Positions 54,297 to 63,938 of a stretch of DNA of 64,000 nucleotides are shown here, piece by piece (position 1 is the stretch's first letter; each line of letters begins with the position of its first letter). This DNA comes from Patescibacteria group bacterium (lineage in GTDB: Bacteria > Patescibacteriota > Minisyncoccia > Phycocordibacterales > PALSA-1337), in NCBI GenBank assembly GCA_038061795.1, contig JBBTYL010000002.1, positions 13,193 to 77,192 on the forward strand, written 5' to 3'. The position numbers and the translations under genes are program-made. The notes below the pieces were generated by a model. The model had not been told where the DNA came from. It saw nothing but the letters and a program-made list of their open reading frames with translations, and did not search any database.

Positions 54297-54428
54297 ATAT
54301 GCTCCTGGTTGAGGTTTGTGTTGTTGAAACTTCGTGCTACTTTATTAGAAAGCTATCAAATACCAGCCTAAATTGCAAAAGTAAAACCGCGATCGACCCT
54401 GATCGCGGTCCTAGTGAAAACCTCCTGA

Positions 54429-55082
54429 TTACCGTCTGCGCCGAATGCGGCTAGTGAGCAGAAGCACTCCAGAACAAAGAATGGTTACCGATGATGGTTC
54501 AGGAATCGCGAGCATTGAAAGAAGTGATCTTTCGGCGAATTCGAATGGAGAATTAAAATCCGCCTTGAAAGCTTCGATCTCCCCCGAGGCTCTCGTAACC
54601 TCCATCATGATGCTCAGCCCGTCTATGTGGACCCAGTCAGGTGCGTAGTGGAGGTAGAGGATCTCGAACCTCTGGTCAATCACATCTCCATAGACCCCAG
54701 GCCCAGATATACTCATGCGCGGGCCCGGCTCATCGAAATCGCTGTAACAGACAGGGTGTTCGTACACCCCTTCAGTAAAAGCCGCCCCACCTGATGCCAG
54801 AGCTGCAAATAAATAATATCCGCCGAGGCCTTCGCCGCACGCGACCTCGAGAACGAATTGTCCGGCATTGTTGTCATAGTGCGTTGCCCCGATGATGGGG
54901 GGATTGTAGCAAAAGCTGTGGCTGACTGATCCGGGATCAAAGTCTATCGAACGGAGCGGGCTGTCCGCCGACAACGAAATGATCTCGAATTTGTTGGTTA
55001 TTAGTTGTGCGTTGGACTTGCTTCCCGCAATAAGAAAGAGCAAAACCAAGATGGACAAGAGCAATTTATTAATGATCTTCAT
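54429..55082 (-). CDS. Secreted protein with PEP-CTERM-type sorting signal
   Basis: Signal peptide; C-terminus IPEPSSVTILCSGVLLLTSRIRRRR. Confidence 0.8.
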   Translation of the reverse strand: MKIINKLLLSILVLLFLIAGSKSNAQLITNKFEIISLSADSPLRSIDFDPGSVSHSFCYNPPIIGATHYDNNAGQFVLEVACGEGLGGYYLFAALASGGAAFTEGVYEHPVCYSDFDEPGPRMSISGPGVYGDVIDQRFEILYLHYAPDWVHIDGLSIMMEVTRASGEIEAFKADFNSPFEFAERSLLSMLAIPEPSSVTILCSGVLLLTSRIRRRR

Positions 55083-55227
55083 GCGAACCTTTCTTCGACT
55101 GAATTTGGCGGCCGTTGATATGAATCTCAGGCTTTGTTGGTTGCCAAGGCGTTGAAAACGACTGTCCTATATTATGCATAAAAAAGGTATTTTGTCAATA
55201 CCATCCCGTACAAACAAAAACCTGGAG

Positions 55228-55491
55228 TTATCCGAGTTTCTTTGCTGCCACCATAATTCGAGACTTGTACCTCGCGGCCGTATTTGCCTTTATGAATTTT
55301 CGTTTCGCCGCCTTGTCCAAAGCTTTATAAAGAGATGGGATGAGCGCCTTTGCTTCCTTCGCCTTCTTTTCAGAGATGAGCTTTCGGAATTTCTTGAGAG
55401 GAACATCAATAGCGGCCTTTGTTCGGAGGTTATATACTCGCTTCCTTTCCCCTGCTCGAAGCGCTTTCTTTGCTGATGAAGTTATTGCCAT
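55228..55491 (-). CDS. rpsT: 30S ribosomal protein S20
   Basis: SAKKALR...R.R..N, LDKAAK...I..N.AAR.KSR; start at MAITSS. Confidence 0.96.
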   Translation of the reverse strand: MAITSSAKKALRAGERKRVYNLRTKAAIDVPLKKFRKLISEKKAKEAKALIPSLYKALDKAAKRKFIKANTAARYKSRIMVAAKKLG

Positions 55492-55560
55492 ATATGTTGT
55501 ATGTATGAACAAACTAACATAAGCCTTTAAAAAAGACAAGGTTTCAGCTATGATAGACTC

Positions 55561-56139
55561 ATGATATCCCGTCTAACAGGCTCAATCGTGCATATAGATC
55601 AGAAATACATTGTTATAGACGTTCAGGGGGTCGGCTATAAGGTGGCTACAACCGCCGACATTATGACTAGGCTATCTAAAGAGAAAGTCTCAGTGACTCT
55701 CTGGACATATTTGGCGGTACGCGAAAACGCCCTTGATCTCTATGGCTTCACTTCCCTGTCAGAGCTTAATTTCTTCGAGTTGCTCATTACTATTTCTGGA
55801 ATCGGCCCGAAGACAGCACTCGGCATCCTAAATTCCGCTTCAGTTGAAACGCTTGAAACAGCCATACAGACTGGCGACACTTCCCATATAGTTAAAGTGT
55901 CTGGGATCGGAAAAAAGGTGGCAGAAAAGATCGTTCTTGAATTGAAAGATAAGGTGGAAAAAGTCACTCACACGCCTGAAGCGAAAACTGCGCTGCGAGG
56001 AGATGCTGACGCACTTGAAGCACTCAAATCGCTCGGCTACAGCCAAAACGAAGCTCGTGATGCCTTGAAAGAATTGCCAAAGACAATTACAAAGACGAGT
56101 GAAAAAATCAGGGAGTCACTGAAAATCTTGGGGAATTAG
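55561..56139 (+). CDS. ruvA: Holliday junction branch migration protein RuvA
   Basis: MI..L.G, GVGY, VRE..L.LYGF, SGIGPK.AL, GIGKK.AE.I.LEL, AL.SLGY. Confidence 0.96.
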   Translation: MISRLTGSIVHIDQKYIVIDVQGVGYKVATTADIMTRLSKEKVSVTLWTYLAVRENALDLYGFTSLSELNFFELLITISGIGPKTALGILNSASVETLETAIQTGDTSHIVKVSGIGKKVAEKIVLELKDKVEKVTHTPEAKTALRGDADALEALKSLGYSQNEARDALKELPKTITKTSEKIRESLKILGN

Positions 56140-56157
56140 TTAGAGTGGCAGTCATTA

Positions 56158-56895
56158 TCAAACCGGTCTGAATGACGCGACGATGTGCCATCCTTCAGTA
56201 TTGGAGCCGTAGCGGCAGAATTTGTTATGAATCCGCAACACTGGCCTGATGATGTGCTGGGTTCTCGTAATGAAGAGCCTGTTTGCCAGTATCTGCGCAA
56301 GCAGCCAAGAGAGCCAGTTATTTCTGTAAATGAATTTGTGATCAATGAGCTCAAACCCAACAAGGTGCTTTTTTAGTAACTCGAGATCGTAATGCCTGAA
56401 ATGCTTCGGGTTAAGGCTGACATTGGTTGTCGGCACCGACACGATGAGGCGCTTCTTGGTTCTTTTCCTGAGAGAGGAAACGAAGCCTGGAATCTCTTCA
56501 TCTGGTATGTGTTCAAGCGTTTCAACGCATACTATTGCATCAAATGTGCCTTCAACTGTTAGGAAATCATCGGTATGGAAAGCAAGATTCTTATACTGGC
56601 CACCGAAAGCTTTTGCATATTGGATTGCCCTATCAGAGATATCGTATCCGACAAACTGATTTTTAGGATATTTTTTTGCAAGTTCAATAGTAATCTTTCC
56701 ATCGCCGCAGCCGACTTCTGCTACAGAACCATATGAGGAGTAGTCAATTTTTTCTACTACTTCAGAAACATATGAATAATATATTAAGCCCCACGAAAGA
56801 TAATCGTAGAGACTGAATGGGGACAGGTTTATGAGATGGTGGTACGGCCTTTTATATTCATCTTCCTGTAGCTTGGTCTGATTATCATTGTTCAT
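56158..56895 (-). CDS. Class I SAM-dependent methyltransferase
   Basis: EVGCGDG, GYDIS, FD.I.C.ETLEHI, SVP. Confidence 0.85.
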   Translation of the reverse strand: MNNDNQTKLQEDEYKRPYHHLINLSPFSLYDYLSWGLIYYSYVSEVVEKIDYSSYGSVAEVGCGDGKITIELAKKYPKNQFVGYDISDRAIQYAKAFGGQYKNLAFHTDDFLTVEGTFDAIVCVETLEHIPDEEIPGFVSSLRKRTKKRLIVSVPTTNVSLNPKHFRHYDLELLKKHLVGFELIDHKFIYRNNWLSWLLAQILANRLFITRTQHIIRPVLRIHNKFCRYGSNTEGWHIVASFRPV

Positions 56896-57002
56896 ATTCG
56901 ATATACTGAATAATATCTTACAAATACAGAATCTCCAATAAATAGAAAACCGCCAGATTGCTCCGGCGGTCGTGAAAGAGACTCTGTGAACGAATCACAA
57001 CA

Positions 57003-58367
57003 TTATGGCGGTCCCCATTGAAGGCGGAACATTCGCATGCTGCCTGTCGTAGGTACATCCACGCTGAATGGCTGATCCGTTCCAGATGACGTGTTCATGT
57101 CGCTCCAATCGACCAGGTTGGTCGATGTCTGGAGCACATACCTGCCCCAAAACGAGCGTCCGTGTGAGATGGTTACGTAGCCGGGTCCTTGTTTTATCTC
57201 GAGATTGCGCTCGATGTTGAACAGGGCATTCCAAACTATGGCTCCGAAGTACTGATTCCCAAGCTTAGTCTCGTGGACCAAGTCGCTTTCTATGTAGCCT
57301 TGCGCGACCATCCAATCCATCGAATGGCATGGGTTTTGGCAATCCACATAAGTCTGCTCAGACGCAACTGTAAAATCCCTGACGGCAGCATTCTGCTGGA
57401 CGGTTATGGTATCCGCCGATAAGAAGTTGCTATCCTGTGAGGTTATCGGCGTGCCGATGTACGCTATGGCCATGTCGGGCATGGCGTTCGACTGCACTGT
57501 GGCACATTCGAGCAGTCGTGCTGTGAGTGAAGGACCGACTGGCTCCTTCATATGCCACAGCATGAGTACATTGCTGTGCGACAGACGATAGAGAGCCGAA
57601 AATATCGGGTCCCGTATCTTGGGCGACACATTTGTCATATACCCAAGATCGATTCCGCCGCGGTCCATGAATATGGAGATGGTACCAGGTGCCTGGCTGT
57701 TCTCGACATACCTTCCCAATATGATGTTAGTGGCGGCTGTATTCGTGGAAACGCCGATCTTGGTCCTATAATAATTCGGCTCCATGACTATATCAACGAC
57801 AGGATATCCCTCTCCATCGAGATCCGATGTATAGCCGTCAAGCCAGAGTAAGGTACCCCACGGTCCGCCGTTTGTTGATACCATGAGGGGAAACATTCCT
57901 CCTCCGGGGTATTTGACGGAAAACACGCCCAGCCTGTCTGAGAAGATTCCGTTTGGGGAACCTTGAGTCTCCCACCACAGCTCACTGCCAGGCGGGGTTA
58001 GTACAAAGTCATTGAACCAATACTTCCTCATGGCCGTATTGGTCAATACATTGACGAGAACCGCCCCGCCAGAACTTGCCCATAAGCTTTTGTTGCCGTA
58101 GTTGTTTAGGGCATATCCGGCAATTCCCACGCTGTGGGACATCCAGGTCATGTTCCAATATGCGGCTGACCGATATGAATCGGCCATCGAGTCGCCTTTT
58201 GAAAAAAGCCCCGAACGCCCAACCCGCGCTTTTTCACGGAAACTAGTGAGCCTGGTCGAGTTCGTGCCGACCGTAGTCAGGCTTGGGGCAGTAGGAACTA
58301 CCCCCATCGCCGAGAAACCGACAGCCGTCATGAGAACGGTAAGACAATAATGTAGTTGTATTTTCAT
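57003..58367 (-). CDS. Secreted SGNH/GDSL-like protein with Verrucomicrobia-type C-terminal domain
   Basis: Signal peptide; GDSM, D.VH motifs; C-terminal YVLQTSTNLVDW...MFRL. Confidence 0.6.
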   Translation of the reverse strand: MKIQLHYCLTVLMTAVGFSAMGVVPTAPSLTTVGTNSTRLTSFREKARVGRSGLFSKGDSMADSYRSAAYWNMTWMSHSVGIAGYALNNYGNKSLWASSGGAVLVNVLTNTAMRKYWFNDFVLTPPGSELWWETQGSPNGIFSDRLGVFSVKYPGGGMFPLMVSTNGGPWGTLLWLDGYTSDLDGEGYPVVDIVMEPNYYRTKIGVSTNTAATNIILGRYVENSQAPGTISIFMDRGGIDLGYMTNVSPKIRDPIFSALYRLSHSNVLMLWHMKEPVGPSLTARLLECATVQSNAMPDMAIAYIGTPITSQDSNFLSADTITVQQNAAVRDFTVASEQTYVDCQNPCHSMDWMVAQGYIESDLVHETKLGNQYFGAIVWNALFNIERNLEIKQGPGYVTISHGRSFWGRYVLQTSTNLVDWSDMNTSSGTDQPFSVDVPTTGSMRMFRLQWGPP

Positions 58368-58488
58368 TCTGTGATCTTTCTAATCGTTTGATTGTGTGGT
58401 GCTGATGTTAACCAGATATGATAGTAACACTTATTTATGATTAAGTCAATTAGTATTAAAAAAATAAAAAATAAGCCATAATGAAAAG

Positions 58489-59775
58489 ATGCTTGATAAA
58501 ATCCTCAACAAGGTCCGCCAATACGTGCCGACAAAGATCTTTGCCTTCTTTCAGCCAGCCTACCACTATTCCCTCGCCCTGCTGGCGGCGATCATATACC
58601 GATTTCCATCAAGGAAAATAAAGGTCGTCGGCGTAACTGGGACAAAAGGCAAGAGCACGACGACTGAAATCATCAATGCGATTCTTGAGGAAGCTGGCTA
58701 CAAGACAGCACTCTCAAATACCATTCGCTACAAGATAGGCAACGAATCGACCGACAATAGATTCAAGATGTCGATGCCTGGCAGATTCTTTGTCCAAAGC
58801 CTTATCAGAAAAGCCGTATCGGCAAAATGTAATTTCATCATCCTTGAAATGACGTCTCAAGGCACACTTCAGTTCCGACACAAGTTCATTCATCTTGACG
58901 CATTCGTCTTCACGAATCTCTCACCAGAGCATATCGAGTCTCATGGATCATATGAAAATTACGCGGCTGCAAAAGTGAAAATCGCCTGCGAGATGATGAA
59001 ATCAAAAAAATCAAACAGGATCATCGTGGCCAATGCCGACGACAAGGAATCAGTGCGTTTCCTCGGCTGCGAATCAGAGATCAAAGCAACCTTCAGCACG
59101 AAGGATGCGGAACCGTTCGAAATACAGAAGGAGGGAATCGATTTCACCCTTGGCGGAAAAAAGGTCCGATCTCCCCTTTCCGGCCTTTTCAACCTCTACA
59201 ATCTTCTCGCGGGAATCAGCTGCGCTCGTAGCCTCGGCATCTCCAATGACGTCATAGCCCGCGCGGTAGAAAAATTCGTCGGCGTCAGGGGAAGAGTCGA
59301 GAAAATAAAATCTGGGCAGGATTTCAATGTCGTCGTCGACTATGCCCACACTGCAGACTCGCTCGAAAAGCTTTACCAGGTATTCGAAACATCCAGAAGC
59401 ATCTGCGTGCTTGGCGGCACTGGCGGGGGCCGCGATAAATGGAAGCGAAAGGAGATGGGAAGGATCGCCGACGCCTACTGCGATGAAATCATCCTGACCG
59501 ATGAAGATCCGTATGATGAGGACCCAAAACAAATCGTGGCTGATGTTGCTGAAGGGATTTCAGGACAATCTCCGAAAATAATAATGGACCGTCGAGCAGC
59601 CATAGCCGAAGCAATAAAAAATGCCAGAACCGGCGATAGCGTACTCATAACTGGAAAAGGCACTGACCCGTACATCATGGGGCCGAATGGCACAAAGATG
59701 CCTTGGGACGACGCCAGAATCGCAAAAGAAGAATTGGAAAAGGCTATTTCAGCTGGACAGAATATCGCTCATTAA
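58489..59775 (+). CDS. murE: Mur ligase, MurE-like
   Basis: GVTGTKGKSTT, EMTSQG, TNLSPEH, VDYAHT, GGGRD..KR, DEDPYDE, GKG. Confidence 0.88.
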   Translation: MLDKILNKVRQYVPTKIFAFFQPAYHYSLALLAAIIYRFPSRKIKVVGVTGTKGKSTTTEIINAILEEAGYKTALSNTIRYKIGNESTDNRFKMSMPGRFFVQSLIRKAVSAKCNFIILEMTSQGTLQFRHKFIHLDAFVFTNLSPEHIESHGSYENYAAAKVKIACEMMKSKKSNRIIVANADDKESVRFLGCESEIKATFSTKDAEPFEIQKEGIDFTLGGKKVRSPLSGLFNLYNLLAGISCARSLGISNDVIARAVEKFVGVRGRVEKIKSGQDFNVVVDYAHTADSLEKLYQVFETSRSICVLGGTGGGRDKWKRKEMGRIADAYCDEIILTDEDPYDEDPKQIVADVAEGISGQSPKIIMDRRAAIAEAIKNARTGDSVLITGKGTDPYIMGPNGTKMPWDDARIAKEELEKAISAGQNIAH

Positions 59776-61009
59776 GAACCCTTCTTGTCTCTGACCCGGC
59801 CCTTTGCCCGTTTCCATCAATCCCATATTTCTTCTGAAATGCTGCAAGCGCACTGATGGTGCATGGTCCGAATTTTCCTGAACGAGGGCAGTCATTCTTC
59901 GTTTTCGGCTGCGGCGGGTACGTCCCTTCGAGAAGCAGTGCGGATTGCAAGGCAAGAACATCATTCTGATTAGAATCAGCGGCAGTCATATCCCCCGTCC
60001 AGCTATATGGAAGCACGAGCGTATCGTATGCAAGCGAAACATCGTTCCCGCTGCCAAAGAAATCTTGAAGTCCGATATATGTTTGGAATGCCAGGTCCTT
60101 GATGGTTGAATCGCGGACGTCTAGGTCGGTGAATTGCGGTTCGTAAATATAGCCGTATTCGATGAGCATGCTTGGCACGTCTAGCGTATTGTATGAGCCT
60201 ATGGCGATCAGGTCCTGTTCCTCGACGACCCCAGCCTCTTCCCTTGGAAAATCGCTCGTAGCATTGTATTTCGAGAGCCTTCTGAAAACAGAGTCGGCGA
60301 TCGCATTTGTTGTTGTGCTGTTCGCATATTGCTTTTCTGGTACATAGATCGCAAAACCTGAATATTTGCCGGGTGTTGAAGCGCTTTTGCGCGGATAATC
60401 ATTGAAATGAATATGAATGGCGATATCTATCCTATTCTCATTAGACCATTTATTGATTCCATAAAGCCGCAATGCGACATCCTGCCGAGCGCTATTATGT
60501 ATGAGCCCGTTTTCCACCATCTTCACATCGCCGCTGTTCACGAGGTGCAGCATCTCGCTCTTCCTCTCTTTGAAAAAAGCCATGATATCGCTCCAATTAG
60601 CGTTGAAATAATTTGCAAGCGTCGGGTGCCAATTGTACTTGTCGCGCGCAAGGAAAGACTCATAGTGCGGATTGCTATTGATGAAGCCCTCGAGATATCT
60701 CGCAAGATCGACGACCATATCACGTTCCTTGAGATTGCCGTATTCTGCCCCTCCATAATCAGGCTCGTGCCCTGGCATTATGAGTATCCTGACCTTCGCC
60801 TTGCTTCTCGGCGCAGCATTGTATTTATTCTGAAGCTGGGCGATGGTGATGACTGGCTTATGAAGAAACGCTGCGGTGAAATTATCTCCGACATAACTGA
60901 AGATGGAGTCAACGAAGCGTGTGCCTTGCGGAAATACTGTAATGGCCCAAGGCGTCCCTACGATTGACAGGGCGAAGATTGATATTAAAGTGTACTTGAA
61001 ATGTTTCAT
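59744..61009 (-). CDS. N-acetylmuramoyl-L-alanine amidase with C-terminal peptidoglycan-binding domain
   Basis: PGH..GG.....LKE, IHFN, LIEYGY; DV.ALQ..L, FGP.T..AL..FQ. Confidence 0.82.
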   Translation of the reverse strand: MKHFKYTLISIFALSIVGTPWAITVFPQGTRFVDSIFSYVGDNFTAAFLHKPVITIAQLQNKYNAAPRSKAKVRILIMPGHEPDYGGAEYGNLKERDMVVDLARYLEGFINSNPHYESFLARDKYNWHPTLANYFNANWSDIMAFFKERKSEMLHLVNSGDVKMVENGLIHNSARQDVALRLYGINKWSNENRIDIAIHIHFNDYPRKSASTPGKYSGFAIYVPEKQYANSTTTNAIADSVFRRLSKYNATSDFPREEAGVVEEQDLIAIGSYNTLDVPSMLIEYGYIYEPQFTDLDVRDSTIKDLAFQTYIGLQDFFGSGNDVSLAYDTLVLPYSWTGDMTAADSNQNDVLALQSALLLEGTYPPQPKTKNDCPRSGKFGPCTISALAAFQKKYGIDGNGQRAGSETRRVLNERYSVQLK

Positions 61010-61045
61010 CGAGCAGCAAAAAGCGAAATGTGGTATAAGAATTGT

Positions 61046-61945
61046 ATGCCAGAATTGCCAGAAGTACAAACTACAGCTTCAGGTCTCGATCGCGTGCTGC
61101 GTGGCCTTGTCATCACTGATGTCTGGACAGACTACGACAGCAAGTACTTTTATGGTTCAGATAGCATAAAGGACCCCGCCTATTTCAAAGGTTTCAAAAA
61201 GAATATCATCGGAAGGAAGATCATCAGCGTGACTCGCAGGGCTAAGAACATACTTATCCACCTATCTGCAGGAAAAACCATGCTTATCCATATGAAGATG
61301 ACGGGTCATATGCTCTATGGGAATTATGATCGAAAAGACCCGTTTAACAGGCATATCAGATTCATCGCTAAGCTATCGAATGGAAAGACCCTGGAGATGT
61401 GCGACACTAGGAGATTCGCCAAAATCACCATGCTTGATACCGAAACCATGCACGAAACCGAACACCTCAGGGGAATCGGGCCAGAACCGCTTGAAGATAG
61501 CTTCACCTTTAGCGCATTTAAAGAGAGGATCGGCAAAAAACCCCGAGGAAAAATAAAACCGGTGCTTCTTGATCAAGCCATAATTGCAGGCATCGGAAAT
61601 ATCTATAGCGATGAAAGCTTGTGGCGAGCCGGGATACACCCAGAACAACCGGTCGAGACCATACCAGAAAAAAAGTTGCGGGAATTGTATGCAGCTATCC
61701 ACACTACCCTCTTGAGAGGTATCGACCTCGGCGGAGACTCCATGTCAGACTATAGGAATATCGACGGCAAGCGGGGAAAATTCCAAGAACAGCATATGGC
61801 CTACAAGAGGACAGGGAAAGCTTGCCAGAAAAAAGGATGCGAAGGAAAAATTATCCGTACCGTCGTTGCCGGCCGGGGCACGCATTTCTGCGATGAACAT
61901 CAGAAGCTAAACAAGGCAGTAAAGAACAACCCCCGCAGCAACTGA
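61046..61945 (+). CDS. mutM: Formamidopyrimidine-DNA glycosylase
   Basis: MPELPEV, RRAK, HMKMTG, D.RRF, LLDQ..IAGIGNIYSDE, zinc finger R.T.FC..HQ. Confidence 0.95.
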   Translation: MPELPEVQTTASGLDRVLRGLVITDVWTDYDSKYFYGSDSIKDPAYFKGFKKNIIGRKIISVTRRAKNILIHLSAGKTMLIHMKMTGHMLYGNYDRKDPFNRHIRFIAKLSNGKTLEMCDTRRFAKITMLDTETMHETEHLRGIGPEPLEDSFTFSAFKERIGKKPRGKIKPVLLDQAIIAGIGNIYSDESLWRAGIHPEQPVETIPEKKLRELYAAIHTTLLRGIDLGGDSMSDYRNIDGKRGKFQEQHMAYKRTGKACQKKGCEGKIIRTVVAGRGTHFCDEHQKLNKAVKNNPRSN

Positions 61946-62386
61946 AACATTCAAGGATTCTTTTTCTCCAAGCATCGGAATTTCTGCGATCGTGTCGCAC
62001 ATGCTAAGAATTTCCTTCCCTACTCCATCGACTTCGTTTCCCATTATAATCAGAATTTTTTCTTTCCTTGGAATTTCTCTGTAATCGATCGAGGTATCAT
62101 CCTGTTCGACCGCGCAGATTTGAAAACCATTATGTTTCATATCCTTCATGAATTTTTGAATATCTCCGACGCTTTCCCAGGCGACCGTCTTTTCCGCTCC
62201 AAGCGAGGCTTTCGAGATATCAGCGCGTGCTCGGCCGAAGCGGTCTACTGGCGCTGGAGTATATCCTGATAAATAGATCTTTGAAACGGCTACCGCGTCT
62301 GCCGTTCGGAATATTGACCCGACATTGTGGGCGCTGCGGATATTGTGCAGAAGTACGTGTATTTCGAGAGTTTTTTGTGCTACCAT
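61907..62386 (-). CDS. TrmH/SpoU family RNA methyltransferase
   Basis: NVGSIFRTADA, GNEVDGV, IPM.G.KESLNVSVA. Confidence 0.93.
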   Translation of the reverse strand: MVAQKTLEIHVLLHNIRSAHNVGSIFRTADAVAVSKIYLSGYTPAPVDRFGRARADISKASLGAEKTVAWESVGDIQKFMKDMKHNGFQICAVEQDDTSIDYREIPRKEKILIIMGNEVDGVGKEILSMCDTIAEIPMLGEKESLNVSVAAGVVLYCLV

Positions 62387-62421
62387 GATATTACTTTATA
62401 GGAAATTAACCAAATATCAAC

Positions 62422-62781
62422 ATGTTATCGATTTTCCCATCTCTGCTAGCTTTCGAAGGATTCGCGCCGCTCCTTCTCCGCCTTACGGTCGGCGCAGTCT
62501 TTGCTCTTTGGGCTTATGGGAAATTGAAAAAACGTACAAACTCACAGGATATCGGCTTGGGGGTCATTGAAGCGCTCATCGCTCTCGGACTTGTTCTCGG
62601 CACCCTTACGCAGATTGCCGCTCTCGTGGCTGCAATAGTCCTCGGTATTCGCCTAGTGCAGAAAATACAGCAGAAAGCCTTCCTCACCGACGGGATTAAT
62701 TATTACCTTATTCTCTTCATCATTTCAATCACGCTTCTTCTTACAGGGCCTGGATTCTTGGCATTTGACTTGCCTTTATAA
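62422..62781 (+). CDS. DoxX-like membrane protein
   Basis: LLLR..VG, E....L.L.LG.LTQ.AA, GPG..A.D. Confidence 0.8.
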   Translation: MLSIFPSLLAFEGFAPLLLRLTVGAVFALWAYGKLKKRTNSQDIGLGVIEALIALGLVLGTLTQIAALVAAIVLGIRLVQKIQQKAFLTDGINYYLILFIISITLLLTGPGFLAFDLPL

Positions 62782-62804
62782 AAATACTATAGTTTTCCCA
62801 CCTT

Positions 62805-62877
62805 GCGCCTATAGCTCAGTTGGTAGAGCATCTCCCTTTTAAGGAGTGGGTCGTTGGTTCGATTCCAACTAGGCGCA
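62805..62877 (+). tRNA. tRNA-Lys(TTT)
   Basis: GCGCCTA/TAGGCGC-A, loop CTTTTAA, GTTGG-TTCGATT-CCAAC. Confidence 0.93.
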
Positions 62878-63528
62878 CAATAGAAAAGCCTCCAATCCTG
62901 TCTCCAATTCATGATTCCCTCTTCTTGCCTCATGATATACAGTTATAAGTCCATCCAGAAGTTTGAGCAATTCTTCTTGGCTCCAAACGCTGCTCCCTCC
63001 GGCAAGCATCATCGTCTTTGCCTTCCAAAAAAGGATCCCGTGAAGCTCTTCTGGGGCGCTGCCTTTACCGATATATTCCCTATAGAGCATCCAGAGTTCC
63101 TTCTTGTCTTTTCTCCCCAATGCGTTTGCAAGCTCAAAAACATTAGAATCCTCTTCTTTCTTTTCTTTTTCTTTCAAATCAAAGGTAACTGTTTTTTCTG
63201 ATTTCTTTTCAATTTTCGTTACAGTAGCTTTATCTATTTTTCCTTCAAGAACGATGAAAATATTTTCCGATTCGGAAATTTCCTTGAGGAGAACGATAAA
63301 CTCCGCTTTCACCTCTCTATTTCCACAGAGCCTGTCCAGAAAAACTATATATTTATTTGAAAAAAGCCCTTGTCCTCCGATATATTCCTGCAGTTGTGCG
63401 ATACTGAAATTCTCGCTACTGATATTGAAAAAAGCTGCGTCCGGCTTCTTTTTACGTAAGGAATCGATGAGCTCATGAGCCTTCATGCGGGCTTTGTCAG
63501 TGTCGGTTCCGTGATAAAAATAAATCAT
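62869..63528 (-). CDS. holA: Short DNA polymerase III delta subunit-like protein
   Basis: MIYFYHG.D, QGLF..K.IV, FEL.NAL..KDK, LE.FLL; leaderless TATACT-N6-ATG. Confidence 0.6.
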   Translation of the reverse strand: MIYFYHGTDTDKARMKAHELIDSLRKKKPDAAFFNISSENFSIAQLQEYIGGQGLFSNKYIVFLDRLCGNREVKAEFIVLLKEISESENIFIVLEGKIDKATVTKIEKKSEKTVTFDLKEKEKKEEDSNVFELANALGRKDKKELWMLYREYIGKGSAPEELHGILFWKAKTMMLAGGSSVWSQEELLKLLDGLITVYHEARRGNHELETGLEAFLLCA

Positions 63529-63567
63529 GGCTTTAGTATAGTGCAAATGGGCTCATATAAAAAGTTC

Positions 63568-63595
63568 AGCCGGCGCTTGGTGTAAAGCGCCGGCT
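63568..63595 (-). terminator. Hairpin downstream of the 63618-63938 ORF
   Basis: AGCCGGCGCTT-GGTGTA-AAGCGCCGGCT. Confidence 0.55.
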
Positions 63596-63617
63596 TGGCT
63601 GGCTGTCTGGTAACATT

Positions 63618-63938
63618 TCAAAATCCCTGGGCCTCGTTCCAGATGCTTGTGAGGATCGAGAAAATCTCGACGGCGTACGTGCAACCAGGCTGGGACGCGA
63701 GGTGCGAATGGCGAGAGTAGTCAGTGGAATCAGTAATGTTCACCGCTCGCTGCTCTCCTCGCCCAGTCAGGATAGCGATGATGCTCAAGCCCTTGTCGAA
63801 ACTTCCAAGGGAGGCCAGTGTTGGAAACGGCTGCTGGACCCGCATTTTTGCGAGGGAGCTTCCGAATTTTGCCACGGTTTGAACAGGATTCAGTATTGGT
63901 GGATCATGCATTATTCTCATTGGATTTTTTTGGTTCAC
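63618..63938 (-). other. Possible C-terminal remnant of a gene running off the window
   Basis: Ends SQPGCTYAVEIFSILTSIW, loosely like the Y..Q.STNL..W domain of 57003-58367; in-frame stop upstream. Confidence 0.25.
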
